From Octopus vulgaris (taxonomy: Eukaryota), in NCBI GenBank assembly GCA_951406725.2, contig OX597831.1, positions 26,226,001 through 26,290,000 on the forward strand: DNA of 64,000 nucleotides, written 5' to 3'. The notes beneath the pieces are model-generated. The model ran no database searches. It saw only the letters and a program-made list of their open reading frames with translations, and was not told the DNA's origin. Positions 51,644 through 64,000 of this stretch are shown piece by piece. The number at the start of each line of letters is the position of its first letter. The stretch's first letter is position 1. The translations under genes and the position numbers were made by a program.

Positions 51644-51828
51644 GGGAAACCACTATGTGGACACACTTATGCTAGAAATCGATCTAGCATAAGGGTGACC
51701 ACATAGTGGTTTCCCTCTAATATGTATATAATACTATTTTACAGAACCTTCAGTTTTTTATATGCTAGACCACTGGTGTGTAATCGATGTTAATTAAATT
51801 AATATCTAATTTCTCACCTTCATTTTAA

Positions 51829-51880
<52 letters not shown>

Positions 51881-52082
51881 GTGTGTGTCTGTGTTTGTTC
51901 CAAACAACAGCACTTGACAACCGATGCTGGTCTGTTTACGTCCCCGTAGCCTAGCGGTTAGGCAAAAGAGACCGATAGAATAAGTACTAGGCTTACAAAG
52001 AATAAGTCCTGGGGTTCGATTTGCTCGACTAAAGGCGGTGCTCCAGCATGGCCGCAGTCAAATGACTGAAGCAAGTAAGAGA
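51413..52082 (+). mobile_element. SINE family A interrupted in its internal (TA)n
   Basis: Head 51413-51580 and tail 51870-52082 flank the insertion. Confidence 0.9.
51639..51835. mobile_element. Fold-back element nested in SINE (TA)n
   Basis: Hairpin 51639-51720 gagggaaaccactatgtgg...ccacatagtggtttccctc plus tail shared with 2609-2870. Confidence 0.7.
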
Positions 52083-52918
52083 GTGTGGGACAGGTAAAGT
52101 AATGTTTGTCGAACGACGAAAACAACTCTGTGTAAAGTGCAAGCGCTGTTATGTGGGTGGGTGGGGGTGAAAATGTTTCAGCCTTGGAATGAGTGAAATT
52201 AATGATGTAAAATGGAAAAACATTGATGATAAGCGAGAATGACAGGAGTGTTTCCATATCAATTACGGAAGTTTCTATGGATTAAATGTGAAAACAGGTT
52301 GTTGTTTTTTTTTTTTCGTTTTGTGAAGCTTTTGATGGTGCTAAACTTCGGTGGAAAGGTTTTTCTTTTTTTCTTTAATATTATCAACATCTGCTTCTTT
52401 AAGAGCAATGTCCAAGGGTGCAGACGATTTCAAATTGGCATATATTATTAGCTGTAGAACAACAAATGAGGGATATCCACTAGTGTTTATGAAATGTCAA
52501 TTAATAATGCAGCCAGTTTCTCAATATTACTGGAGCTGCCTGGAACGCTATCTATGCTACCTATATTGCTGTTGTTTGCCGATATTATTCTTATAATGAC
52601 TACTGTTATGGTTATATTAAGTATGCAAAGATGGGTAATGATAGAAAATTGCTACTACAACTTCCTGAGTATATCTATCCTTCTGCACACTGTATTTATT
52701 ATAGTTTGTTATTTTCTACTGATCAACTGAAGACTTGATTCCCAAGTTTTATCATGTCACTTATGTACTCTTAAGAGCATAACTCTCTCTTTCCTGCTTC
52801 TTAGATTAATATTCCAAATAATTAAACTTTGTTTCATACATCATTGCTTGTAGTACTTTAGATTATCAAATTTAGAATTTTGCTCCACTATAACCAGCCT
52901 CCCAAATAACCCACTTAA

Positions 52919-53139
52919 CCATTTTGTTACCGTATTTATTTTGAGATGCTCTGTGTTTCTTTCAATTAATTTGAATATAAGAAAGAATTTAGTAAAATAA
53001 CTTAGTTATCATTAAGCTGGTGTTATGAACATAACTAGTAACTAAGGTTTGGTGGAAGATTTTAATTCAAAACTTATGAAAACAAGACATTTCTACTACA
53101 GAGTCAGAGCCAGTTTCAGCCAGGCTGGTAACGAAAGGG
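52919..53139 (-). mobile_element. piggyBac-type MITE
   Basis: Reverse copy with TTAA flanks. Confidence 0.85.
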
Positions 53140-55899
53140 TTAATAGGACAAATACATATGTTCTCTTAAGTTTAAGATAATTAGGATTACATTAGCTTAG
53201 TATATACTACATCAATAGATTGACACTATTGAAGATATTCTGAGCTATCTTAACTTAATGATTTTGTCAATATCTAGGCCCTTAAATTTTAAAATAATAT
53301 CATTTGTAATAGGAGTAACAAAAGTCTAAAATGCTAAGTTAGAAAGAATAAAACTAAACTTTAAAAAATTGACAAGAAAACTCCTACACTGTTATCAAGG
53401 TACATGTAGAAATTGAAAATTGCAGTTTGTTTTGAGAATTTATAAAAACATAATTATCACTGAAAATCAACACAAATTACATTAGGATACCAGTGATCAG
53501 CAGGTTCAATCTGGAGTGAAACCAGTTAAAAGATCTTAAATCTTAAGTCTCATTAGTTTTGCTTAGAAAAAAAAGGAAAATTTAATTGAATATAAAATGA
53601 ATATAAAGAATATAAAATGAATATAAAGAATACAATGAATATAAAATGAAATTTAAAATAAAATAAATTAATTTTTGTGTTATGATATATTTTTGTAGTC
53701 AACAATTTGGCAAACATCTCATTTATACATACATACATACATACATACATACATACATACATACATACATACATACATACATACATACATACATACATAC
53801 ATACATACATTTGTGTGTGTAATGTATTTTGCAGTATAAAAAAACTACTTTAAAATTTCTGTCAAAAAATCTGTTCTATTTTCCCAAAGAAAGCATTTGC
53901 TTTGTTCCTTTTCTTTAATGTCATTTTACCAGTTTAAGCATGGCACCATGTTCCACATTTTAATTTACCTTTTTTAACAAAATAATGTCAAAGCTGGAAA
54001 GGAGGAAATTATAATGCGGCATAACAATTGAACATATCGATGCAGCCTTGTCAGATCGGGCTTCTAACATTGTTTTCAATTGAACAACAATATAATGATG
54101 TACACTTATGTTTATACCTCTATTTCCTGTTTAAATGAAGTGTAAAGAGAAAAAGCTACTTTCTGTCCACATAGTAATTTCTAAGAACATACAAACAAAA
54201 AACAAAAAAAACAGATATAGTGAGCAGCTAAATTGACAGATCCATTACTTAGTGAACCAGCTGTCCTTTAGTTTGCTGTCTGCCTGAAACAGCTAAATAA
54301 AATACCTAACTACAGTTCTTCATTCATTGATAAAGAGTTATGTTCAGACTGCTGACAGCTTAAGTTGATATATATGTGTGTGTGAGAGAGAGAGATAGTT
54401 CTTTTCTGTATATCACTGCTGTCAGGTACTGTTTTGTGTAATTTCAAGTAATAGGACATATTTCTTTATGTATATCATGATTAACTGGCTGCCTCTATTT
54501 CTTGGAACAAGGGTTGTGTGTGTGAATGAGTTACAGAGAGAGAGAGAGTGTGTGTGTAATGTTTGGTTTTCCACACAGGAGAAGGAGAGCTCATTATGAA
54601 AGACAAAGTGTATATTTTTGTTATTAGACATGAATACAAGAAAAGTTATTCAGAGGCCTAGAGCATTGTGTCAACATGCTTCACAAACATCCTTATCTGC
54701 CCCACCATATCTCTCCTTAGCCACATTTACCAAGGGCTTCCTCTCACCATTTTTAACCATTACGAATTGTTGTTTAACAGTGACTTTCTAGCATTCATTA
54801 TTATTCTGGGATCTGAATGGTTGGTTGCGCTGACTACCCATAATATGATTTCAATAAAGAATTAGTTTACATACAGAAGGCTGAACCACCACACTGTAGA
54901 GTAGACCTAAGATGAGGAGAATAATCTGATTTAATCTATCACACAACCTAAAAGCCATCGCATAGACAGCCAGGAAAATACATCATCATTTCCACCTTTA
55001 CACAAATCCCTAATCTCTTTAACTTTCACAATGTTAAAGTTAGTTATTCATGTATGGAAAATATAACTTTCCAGATCAACACTACAGCCATAAATACATC
55101 TTTCTATAGTAATGCTAACATTAATCAAGCTGCAGCATTCGAATTCTGTCAACATGTCTGCACAGTGGATCTTGCTTCTCTGAGAAAGTAAGAGAACAGC
55201 CATAACATTTCCAGATACTCTTGAACAGAATTATTTATGTCTAACTGCTTACTCTTTCAACAATTGCTGCTATCAACTTTTCCAGCCATCCATTCATTCA
55301 TGTATGTGTGTGTTTGGTACTTATCCTACAAGTCTCTTTGTTGAACCATTAATTTACAAGGGTATGTACAAACAAGCACAAGTTGTCAAGTAGTGAGAAA
55401 CTTAAAGATGTACACACATACACACACAAATATATATATACATACACACACATACATAACAAGAATAAGGATAAATACAAGTTCATATTAAAGTTCCTAT
55501 GTGCATTTCCTCATTATGGTTGTTGGAACTCTGTGAGAGATGTTCCAAATACATACAGATGCTCAATAATAAGGACCCTCAGTAAACACTTTATTGTATC
55601 AAGCTACAGATAACTTGAGTTTATCTTTATTTCTCCTATATTTTACCTGTATCTCATAACTAATAATACTACTCAGTATAGGAGTTAATTAACAACCATA
55701 GAGAAAGCAGATCAGGTTATAAAAATCCACATGGAGATCGTAGCAGTTGTACTTCTACTTGTGGACACACTATTTCTATGTAAAACTTGGCTAAGCTTTC
55801 AGGTTTGTCCATTCCTGTTAAACCATTCAACCCATTCTAGTGTAGGAAAACGGATGTAAGATAATAATAACAACAACAACAACAATAATAATAATGATA

Positions 55900-56108
55900 A
55901 TCCTTTCTACTATAGGCATAAGGCCTGAAATTTCAGAGGAGGGGATTAGTCAATTACATCAGCCCCACTGTTTTACTGGTACTTAATTCATCGACCCTAA
56001 AAGCAAAGTCGACCTTGGTGGAATTTGAACTCAGAACAGGAAGACGGACAAAATACCACTAAGTAATTCAACCAGTATGCTAACAATTCTGCCAGCTTGC
56101 CACCTTAA
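55900..56108 (-). mobile_element. SINE family B flanked by (AAT)n
   Basis: Full-length reverse copy. Confidence 0.8.
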
Positions 56109-56572
56109 TAATAATAATATTAATTAGGAGGAGGAGGAGGAGGAGATGTATGTGTGTGAGATGACATTTTCATCTACAAGATTCGGTGACAAGGCATTGA
56201 TCAAACCAAGGCTGTTGTAGAAGACACCCAAGGCGCCACTCAACAAGAATTATGTAGTCGCAAAGAACGCACATGCCTGTGCCTATCATATATATATGTC
56301 ATATATAAAGTATTGTGCGTGTGAGTAAAATATTAAAACACATTAATATATTAAATACAAGCTACTACAATTAAATGTGTAGAGTGCTACTTTCTTTCTT
56401 TTGTTCATTCAACATGTGTGTTTGTGTATGTATGTACACACACACACACATGCACACACCAGGTTACTGTTGGTTCCCCTGTCACCCATGCTTCAAGCCA
56501 ACTTCCTTCTCTTCCTGACTGTTAAATTCAGACATGTTTTTTTTTTGTTGCTTTTTTTTCTCCTTATCTATC

Positions 56573-56608
56573 CTTTCTGCAGAAGAGCATAGGCTCAAAA
56601 CATTAAAG
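56573..56608 (+). ncRNA. Degenerate minimal hammerhead in Penelope-like fragment (56480-56700)
   Basis: cttt-CTGCAGA-A-GAGC-atag-GCTC-AAAAC-ATT-aaag, homologous to 506-541. Confidence 0.5.
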
Positions 56609-57294
56609 ACTTCCAAGTTTCCTGAATGTAAACTTAATACACCATGCTTGTTGTTCTTCTACATCATCTCCGAGTTGTTGTTTTTTTTTTTTGGACCATA
56701 CACATATATATTTATACATACACATATACCTCTTAGTAAATATATTTTAGATTATTAGCAAAACAAAAAAAAAATTGGCAACTAAGCAGACTTTACCATA
56801 AACGTTTTAGATCTTACAAGTGACAGTTTATTAAACTACAACCATTACTTCCCCATATTGCTTGTATTCCTCATCATGAGAGTTGACATTTGGTTTCTTA
56901 TTTCGAAAACTATATTCTGTAAAAAGAACTACATTAAACCAATATCATTAGATATGATTTCGTGATGGACTTCTGATAAAATATTTTTCTACTTATTTAT
57001 TTATTTATTTATTACTCTTTGACTTTCATATCACTACCCAACGACTTTCTCAACAGATCGAGACTGCTTTCTCTACTTAATAATGTCAACTATAGTTTTT
57101 CAGTAAGACCAAAATTGATCTGATGAAAACTGAACCTTTGATGTAATTAGTTGATTCAATATTTTCAAAATGATTGGAATTGGTTTAATTTTTAAGACTT
57201 CTTGGTAGAGCTGTTTTCTTATGGTTGGTTAAGAGTACAGAACTGTCAGCAAGCATATGACATATATATATATATATATATATATATACTCTTA

Positions 57295-57670
57295 TGCTTT
57301 ACTCTTTTACTTGTTTCAGTCATTTGATTGTGGCCATGCAGAAGCACCGCCTTTAGTTGAGCAAATCAACCCCAGGACTTATTCTTTGTAAGCCTAGTAC
57401 TTATTCTATTGGTCTATTTTGCTGAACTGCTAAGTTACAGCGACATAAACACACTACCATCGGTTGTCTAGCGATGGGGGTGGGGACAAACACAAACATA
57501 TACACATACATATATATATATATATATATGACTGGCTTCCTTCAGTTTCTGTCTACCAAATCCACTCACAAGGCTTTGGTTGGCTTGAGGCTATAGTAGA
57601 AGACACTTGCCCAAGGTGCCATGCAGTGAGAATGAACCCAGAACAATGTGGTTGATAAGCAAGCTACGTA
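57295..57670 (-). mobile_element. SINE family A
   Basis: Reverse copy in (TA)n. Confidence 0.85.
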
Positions 57671-58654
57671 CTTATATATATATATATATATATGGGTGCT
57701 TAGTCATTAGATAATATCATGGCTAAATGATAAACATTCCAATCAGAACCTAACTAGAATTTACAATTTGGTCCCATTTGTTTGTATTTTTTAAATTCCG
57801 TGATTATTGGTCACAAATTAATGTGGGTTTCAAAATGTTCTTTTACCGAGAATATATGCCAATTGAAACTGTTATTGTAAAATAACTATTAAGAAATAAT
57901 TATTTGCTAATTTACTTCAATCCAATATAAAAAAATAACAAATAATATTTCTGATTAAGACACAAGACCAGCAACTTTAGAAGAAGGTTAGTCAATATCC
58001 TTAACCTCCAGTACAATGACTGGTACTGTATTTCATCAACCCTAGAGGGAGGAGAAGTAAAGTTGAGCTTCAGAGGATTTGAACTCAGAAACTATAGAAC
58101 TATAAGAAATACAGCAAGGCATTTTTTCCAACACTGTAATGTTTCAGCCAGCTCACCAAACTATTTTGGTAAAAAGAACTTATCTTCCATAATGTAATTA
58201 ACTGCACTAATTAAACCAAATTGGATTTCTTAAACCTATAATTAGTTTTTAAGAATAATTCGGTTGGCAAATGACCAGCGGTCATATTATTGAAACTAAA
58301 ACAGTTACATTGGTAAAGTATCATGATAGTTTTGTCAATACATGCCTAGTATTGCTTTCAGTTATTTCTGTATTTTCTTTCTTCCATCACAGATCATCAT
58401 CGTTTTACTGTGAGGCTGCAGAACATGAAGTGTGTAAAATTTTGAAAATAATATAAGATTATCAGATAATCATTTAAATCACCCATTAAAGTTTGGCATC
58501 ATTTCCCTCATAACATTTCCTGTGATAAACCATCTGTTCCTTGTTAACTTGATCTACCTACAAGTGCATAGGGAAATCATTCATTGAGGTTGAAAGGCTG
58601 ACTGTATTGATAGCAAAGCTTACTTTAAAATTTTTTAATTTCTTGTGTTTTTAG

Positions 58655-58812
58655 TAATTTAGCATTTAAACTGGCCATATCCGGCTCCAATATCTTACCT
58701 GTTTTACATTAAAACTGACCAGATAAGTCATGTCACATATGCTACAATGTCAATCTAAAAATAAACAAACACATAATGAAAATCTTGAAGCTACAAGATA
58801 ATGCATTTTTAA
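58655..58812 (+). mobile_element. Fragment of a second piggyBac-like MITE
   Basis: tttagcatttaaactggccatatccgg start; complementary terminus aatgctaaagggtta seen at 47805-47820. Confidence 0.4.
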
Positions 58813-59521
58813 TTTATGACAACTTTATGAACAATAAAGAAAAGAATATGAAATGTTAACAAAGTTTGTGTTTAGCAATGACTTAGTTATTATGCCTGTG
58901 TGAGAAGGTGAACTCAATAATATAGAATTTAAAAAATTCCTATTAAGACCTTAGAATGAGAATGAAGTTAGAAATTGTCTAAATAAGTGCTTATAGTTCT
59001 TGGGAAAAGCAAATGCTTGATAGAAAGTTTGAATGCTTTCATCTGAAAAGCCTTTCAATATCATACATACTACCAAAATTTATTTGAACAGAAACATAAA
59101 TTTGGAAAAACAAAAAAGAAAAAGAAAAAAAAAATTATTTGGTTCAATATGTGTAGACTAAGTGAAGGGGAGAAAGACCACATCCTTAAGTACGTGGATT
59201 CATAAACTTCTTTTACATTAATTGAGATAACAGAAAATATCCTTAAGTATTCTCATTTGACAAATCAGAACCAGTGTTAAGCATAATTCTTGTAGGGCTC
59301 TGACTTTGAAATATGTTAAGGAAATATATTTTACAGAATATTTTGAAATTTTTAAAAATGATTTTTTTTTTTAATTACAAAACTGAGTCAGGGACTCTAA
59401 TAAATATTGTTGTGGACTGAATCTGGACTGTGGGACAAATGTTTGACACTTTTCAATTATTTGTTAGTTTGGAGATTTTATACTAGAATGACATTGTTTT
59501 TCTCTAGTTTATCAGTATTGT

Positions 59522-59773
59522 GTAGAGGTGCGTGACGTAGTGGTTAGGGTGTCAGCATCATGATCATAAGATTGTAGTTTCGATTCCTAGACCGGGCAAC
59601 ACGTTGTGTTCTTGAGCAAAACACTTCATTTCATGTTGCTCCAGTCCACTCAGCTGGCAAAAATGAGTAATGCTGCGATGGACTGGCATCCCATCCAGCT
59701 GGGGAACACATACACCATAGAAACCGGGCCCATGAGCCTGGCTAGGCTTTAAAAGGGCGCATTTATTATTTCA
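59522..59773 (+). mobile_element. SINE with family C head and V-domain-like tail, 14-bp TSD
   Basis: TSD tttatcagtattgt at 59508-59521 and 59774-59787; gctgcgatggactggcatcccatccagctgggg. Confidence 0.85.
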
Positions 59774-61072
59774 TTTATCAGTATTGTAGTATAGTTATAT
59801 AGGAGATATGAAATGTGTTTAAAACACATAAAACATAAAAATTGATCAACAGTGATGATGTTGCTGATGTTAGCGTGAAAGAATTGGTTACACAATCTTT
59901 TTTCTCTCATTTAAACAAAGATAGTGATTTAAAATATTCTAAAGTTGTTTATTAAAGTGGAAATATTGATTAAAGAGACTGTATGACAAGTTATGATGAT
60001 TATGATGATGATGATGATGTTAATCAATGCAACACCAATGTTGATTGTGATTGTTGTTTTTTTTTTTAATAACTTTATTGCTTAATATGTCGTGACAGTT
60101 TTGTTAGTGTTTATGTCTAAATAACAATGATAGTATTTTCTTGTTCCTTTTTAAAATATATGTTTATTGCTAAACAGATACTGATAAAGTAAATTTCTTA
60201 AATGTAACTTCAGATATTAAAAGTAATTAACGATTTCCAATATAGGCAAAAGACAACACATTTTGGAGAAGCATATAATTGATTTAATGAACCTCAAATT
60301 TCATTCAAATGACATCAAAGGGATAAAAAGCGAAGTCAGATGTGACAGGATTTTAAATTAGAATGCAAAGACACCTCAGGGAACATTGTAACCAATTTTA
60401 CTATCTAGACCCCTCAGGACTCTGCTAATGCTCTTTTCTGGGGCCTTTAATAATTATGATAAATAAAAATGATGATGGCTATCTTCAAGATAATAAAGAT
60501 ATCCATTAAAAAAAAAAAAAATAATAGAGATTTTATAAAAGATAATATTGATTTCTAATGCAATAATGTCATTATTGCCAATTAATATCATTAAATCAAT
60601 TACTAAAACAATAGTATAGTGGATATCAGAAATAATAACAAGGTGATTAAGGGATAATTTTGTTTGTGTAGATGATAGTGAAAATTATTAGAGCTGATAA
60701 TGTTTAGTTGATAGAATCATGCAAATGTGATTATCTTGAGCATTAAGGTAATAATTTCAGTGTTAAGAAGTTAGCAGCAGCAGCAGCAGAAGTGTATTGT
60801 AATTATCATCCTTATAATTCTTCCATTATACACTTACTGAGTAATTAAACTGCTTATTGCATATTTCAAATAAGGCTCACATTACATTTGGACAGGTGAC
60901 GCTGCTATATAGGTAAGCATCCTCCTGGGACATCAGCCATACAAAGACCATTCAATTAATTAGCAAAGATTTACTCATTAAGAGTGTTAATAAGACTATC
61001 TTTGGGTGTCATGTATGTGCCTTACTCTCTTTCATACATACACACACATGTAAACACACATACACATGTGTG

Positions 61073-61135
<63 letters not shown>

Positions 61136-61155
61136 ATAGACATATAATAAATATT

Positions 61156-61555
61156 AAGGAATAAATCCAAATTTACAGGGAAAAATCAGATTTAGGATTA
61201 AATCCAATTTTATAGTAAAATATTATATAATATTAATTCGAGACAAAACCACTATTTTGCAAATCAAACAAGGAAAGACTTAATCAATACATAAAAAATT
61301 TTACTTTATAAAGTAAATAAATCGCCACTACAATTGTTTCATGTCTTCAAATGACATTCGTCAGGTGGATTTCCGATCTTCTATTCAGTTTTAATTTATG
61401 AAGTCATAAATTAAAAATGACGAATGTCATTTGAAGACATGAAACAATTGTAGTGGCGATTTATTTACTTTATATTAAAAATTTTTATGTATTGATTAAG
61501 TCTTTCCTTGTTTGATTTGCAAAATAGTGGTTTTGTCTCGAATTAATATTATATA
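61156..61555. mobile_element. Penelope-type fold-back, ~330-bp palindrome in (TA)n
   Basis: Arms 61224-61363 and 61418-61555 nearly perfect; inner hairpin 61389-61416. Confidence 0.85.
61325..61368 (-). ncRNA. Intact minimal type I hammerhead ribozyme
   Basis: ccac-CTGACGA-ATGTC-atttgaa-GACAT-GAA-ACAATTGT-A-gtgg: canonical core, GUA site, palindromic helix III. Confidence 0.85.
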
Positions 61556-61585
61556 TATACATATATATATATATAAATATATATA

Positions 61586-62012
61586 AGATGCTTGCTTCCC
61601 AACCACATGGTTTGGGGTTCAGTCCCACTGTGTGGCACCTAGGGCAAGTGTCTTTTGCTATAAACTTTGGCCAACCAAAGCCTTGTAAGAGGATTTGGTT
61701 GACTGAAGCTAAAAAGAAACCCCATCATATATATATATGTGCATGTATACATGAGTGTGAGTTAGCAAGGTTGTGTCATCTTGTTCTAACATTTAATGCT
61801 AGATGCAAAGGACTGCCACTGTCATACAAGCAGTGTCATTCATTTCTAATATTCTGCAGGAGAGCACGTCCTGCCCTGGGAAAATATTTACATGTTTGGA
61901 AACAAGCGAGTGCTGATGACAGGAAGAGCATCCAGCCTTGGCAGGTGTACTTCAATAAGCTCTGCTTGACCATGTATGACAATAAAAAAAGAGAAACGAT
62001 GATGATGATGAT
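61586..62012 (+). mobile_element. SINE with family A head and RTE-type (GAT)n tail
   Basis: Family A head, then acaggaagagcatccagcc...gatgatgatg. Confidence 0.7.
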
Positions 62013-62079
62013 GGAAGCAGACAGACAGACAGACAGAGTGTACCTCTTTTAATTATTCAAATATATATTTTTCTTTTGT

Positions 62080-62480
62080 TTTCACTTGATTACATCATTC
62101 ATTAGACTGTGGCCATGCTGGGGCATCACATTGAAGAACTTACTTAAAAGAAATTAACCCCAGTACTTAATTTATATTTTTTAAAGCCTGGTACTTATTC
62201 TATTTGACTCTTTTGATGAACTGCTAAGTTACAGGAACGTAAACACACCAGTACCAGTTGTCAAGCAGTAGGGGTGGGGTACAAACACAGACACAAAGAT
62301 ACACATACACACACACACACACACACATGAATATGTATGACAGGATTTTTTCAGTTTCCATCTACCAAATCCCCTCATAAGACATTGGTCTGCATGAGAC
62401 TACAGTAGACAGTGCCACAGTATGAGACTGAACCTGGAACCATGCAAGTGGGAAGCAAATTCCTTACCACACAGCCATAC
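62080..62480 (-). mobile_element. SINE family A (diverged)
   Basis: Reverse copy. Confidence 0.8.
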
Positions 62481-63159
62481 CATATATTTTTTTATAGGAA
62501 CATCTGTGTTTTCAACCTGAAAGTTTACCTACTTAAGTGAAATTATCTCAGTCTATCAGAGATATGTTTTCAAGGCCCCTGAGACTCAAACTATCAATCA
62601 AAAGAAATTTTTTTATTTATTGTTGTTCCTTTTTTTGTTGTTGTTGTTGTAGTTGTTGGATGCTCCTTGAAAATACTACTAGAGTGATACAGCTTTATCT
62701 CTTATGTTATTGCCTTTATTGCTATCATCTCTCTTTATTAGTATTTATGCTGTATTAGCTAGTAGTGATCTTTTGATGAATAGACAAAGATTTTGTGAAT
62801 GATTTGACAAGTTAATAAATAGTCCAAGATCAGATTGGTTTCTACACAAATTAAAATAATTATTCAAAGTATTATTTATTTTGTTTACAAAACAGCAGTT
62901 TATCATTATTTTATAAAACTAAATAAATTTGCTTTCTTATTATTATTATCTCTGTTCGTTTTGTTTTGGAAAAGTAAACCTTTTTTATTAGTTGTCAACC
63001 GATGTAAAACTCTTATGAAGAAATAGCCCCATCATATTGATTTGTGTCAGTCCATTAGTCATTTAAATTTGCTATATTTTCATTTTCTTGGTAGATATAT
63101 ATATATATGTGTGTGTGTACTATGAGAATATAGCAAATTTATGTATATAACACACCCAT

Positions 63160-63480
<321 letters not shown>

Positions 63481-64000
63481 GGATGTATCTATATTCATTG
63501 GTTCTCTGGTTTTCTGTATTGATTAAATTACTGGTGTAAAAATTGTTATATTGCTTTGAGAAATAATTCTATTTATCTAAACAATTTGGTTCTCTGAGAT
63601 CTTAAAGGAAACATCAAAGTATGTTTAATATTTATGATTTTTTTGTCCTTTGCATCAAAGTTCTTTGTGTGTGCCTGGTTTCTTAGTGAAGGAATTGTCT
63701 TTGAAAGAGTTGTCAATAACAGTGCCATCATATGGTAAGGTGTATTAGTCATCCTCTTGGAATACAATATATTGCGTACCTTACAGAAATTATAATAAAT
63801 TTCTATTTTAGTTTACTAATATCAAATTAGCTATGGTCCAGAGGATTTTAACAATTGAAGTTACTTTATAAACTTAGTAAGTACATTGACATTTAAACAT
63901 ATCAAGTAGTTCATAGATTTGCTGTAAGGGATAGAAAACTTTAAAAATTTTGGTTAGAGCCCTTCATCGGAGACAGATATATGGTTTTTTATGGTATGGA

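Noticed and set aside
54223-54277. Pre-miRNA-like hairpin
   Set aside because: Only about 15 pairs with bulges; expected by chance without small-RNA data
57120-57160. CTGATGA-A-AACTGA...TTAGTT motif
   Set aside because: Followed by GATTC rather than GAAA, and no helix I

Overview
This is AT-rich, gene-poor eukaryotic DNA packed with (TA)n, (CA)n, (AAT)n and (GAT)n microsatellites. The repeat families look like an octopus/coleoid cephalopod intron or intergenic region (inference from repeat style, not verified). No complete protein-coding gene is visible, and most ORFs in the track are microsatellite or SINE artefacts. Supported content: (1) dozens of SINE copies, labelled here A-D (tRNA-like heads) and E (head not seen), some with clear TSDs, in tandem arrays or with swapped tails; (2) fragments of RTE, CR1/L2-type and R4/Dong-type LINEs; (3) a Penelope GIY-YIG remnant and many microsatellite-embedded Penelope-type terminal or fold-back pieces; (4) five copies of a piggyBac-type MITE, a hAT-type MITE and a non-autonomous Helitron; (5) 198-, 154/30-, 32- and 18-bp tandem repeats; (6) one speculative minus-strand exon. 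The most notable signal is a set of minimal hammerhead ribozyme motifs from several families. One is intact and sits in a 330-bp palindrome. One family has the C3-G8 core pair swapped to G3-C8 (GTGAACA) in two independent copies. (TA)n arrays also appear to capture local or SINE sequence as templated insertions.
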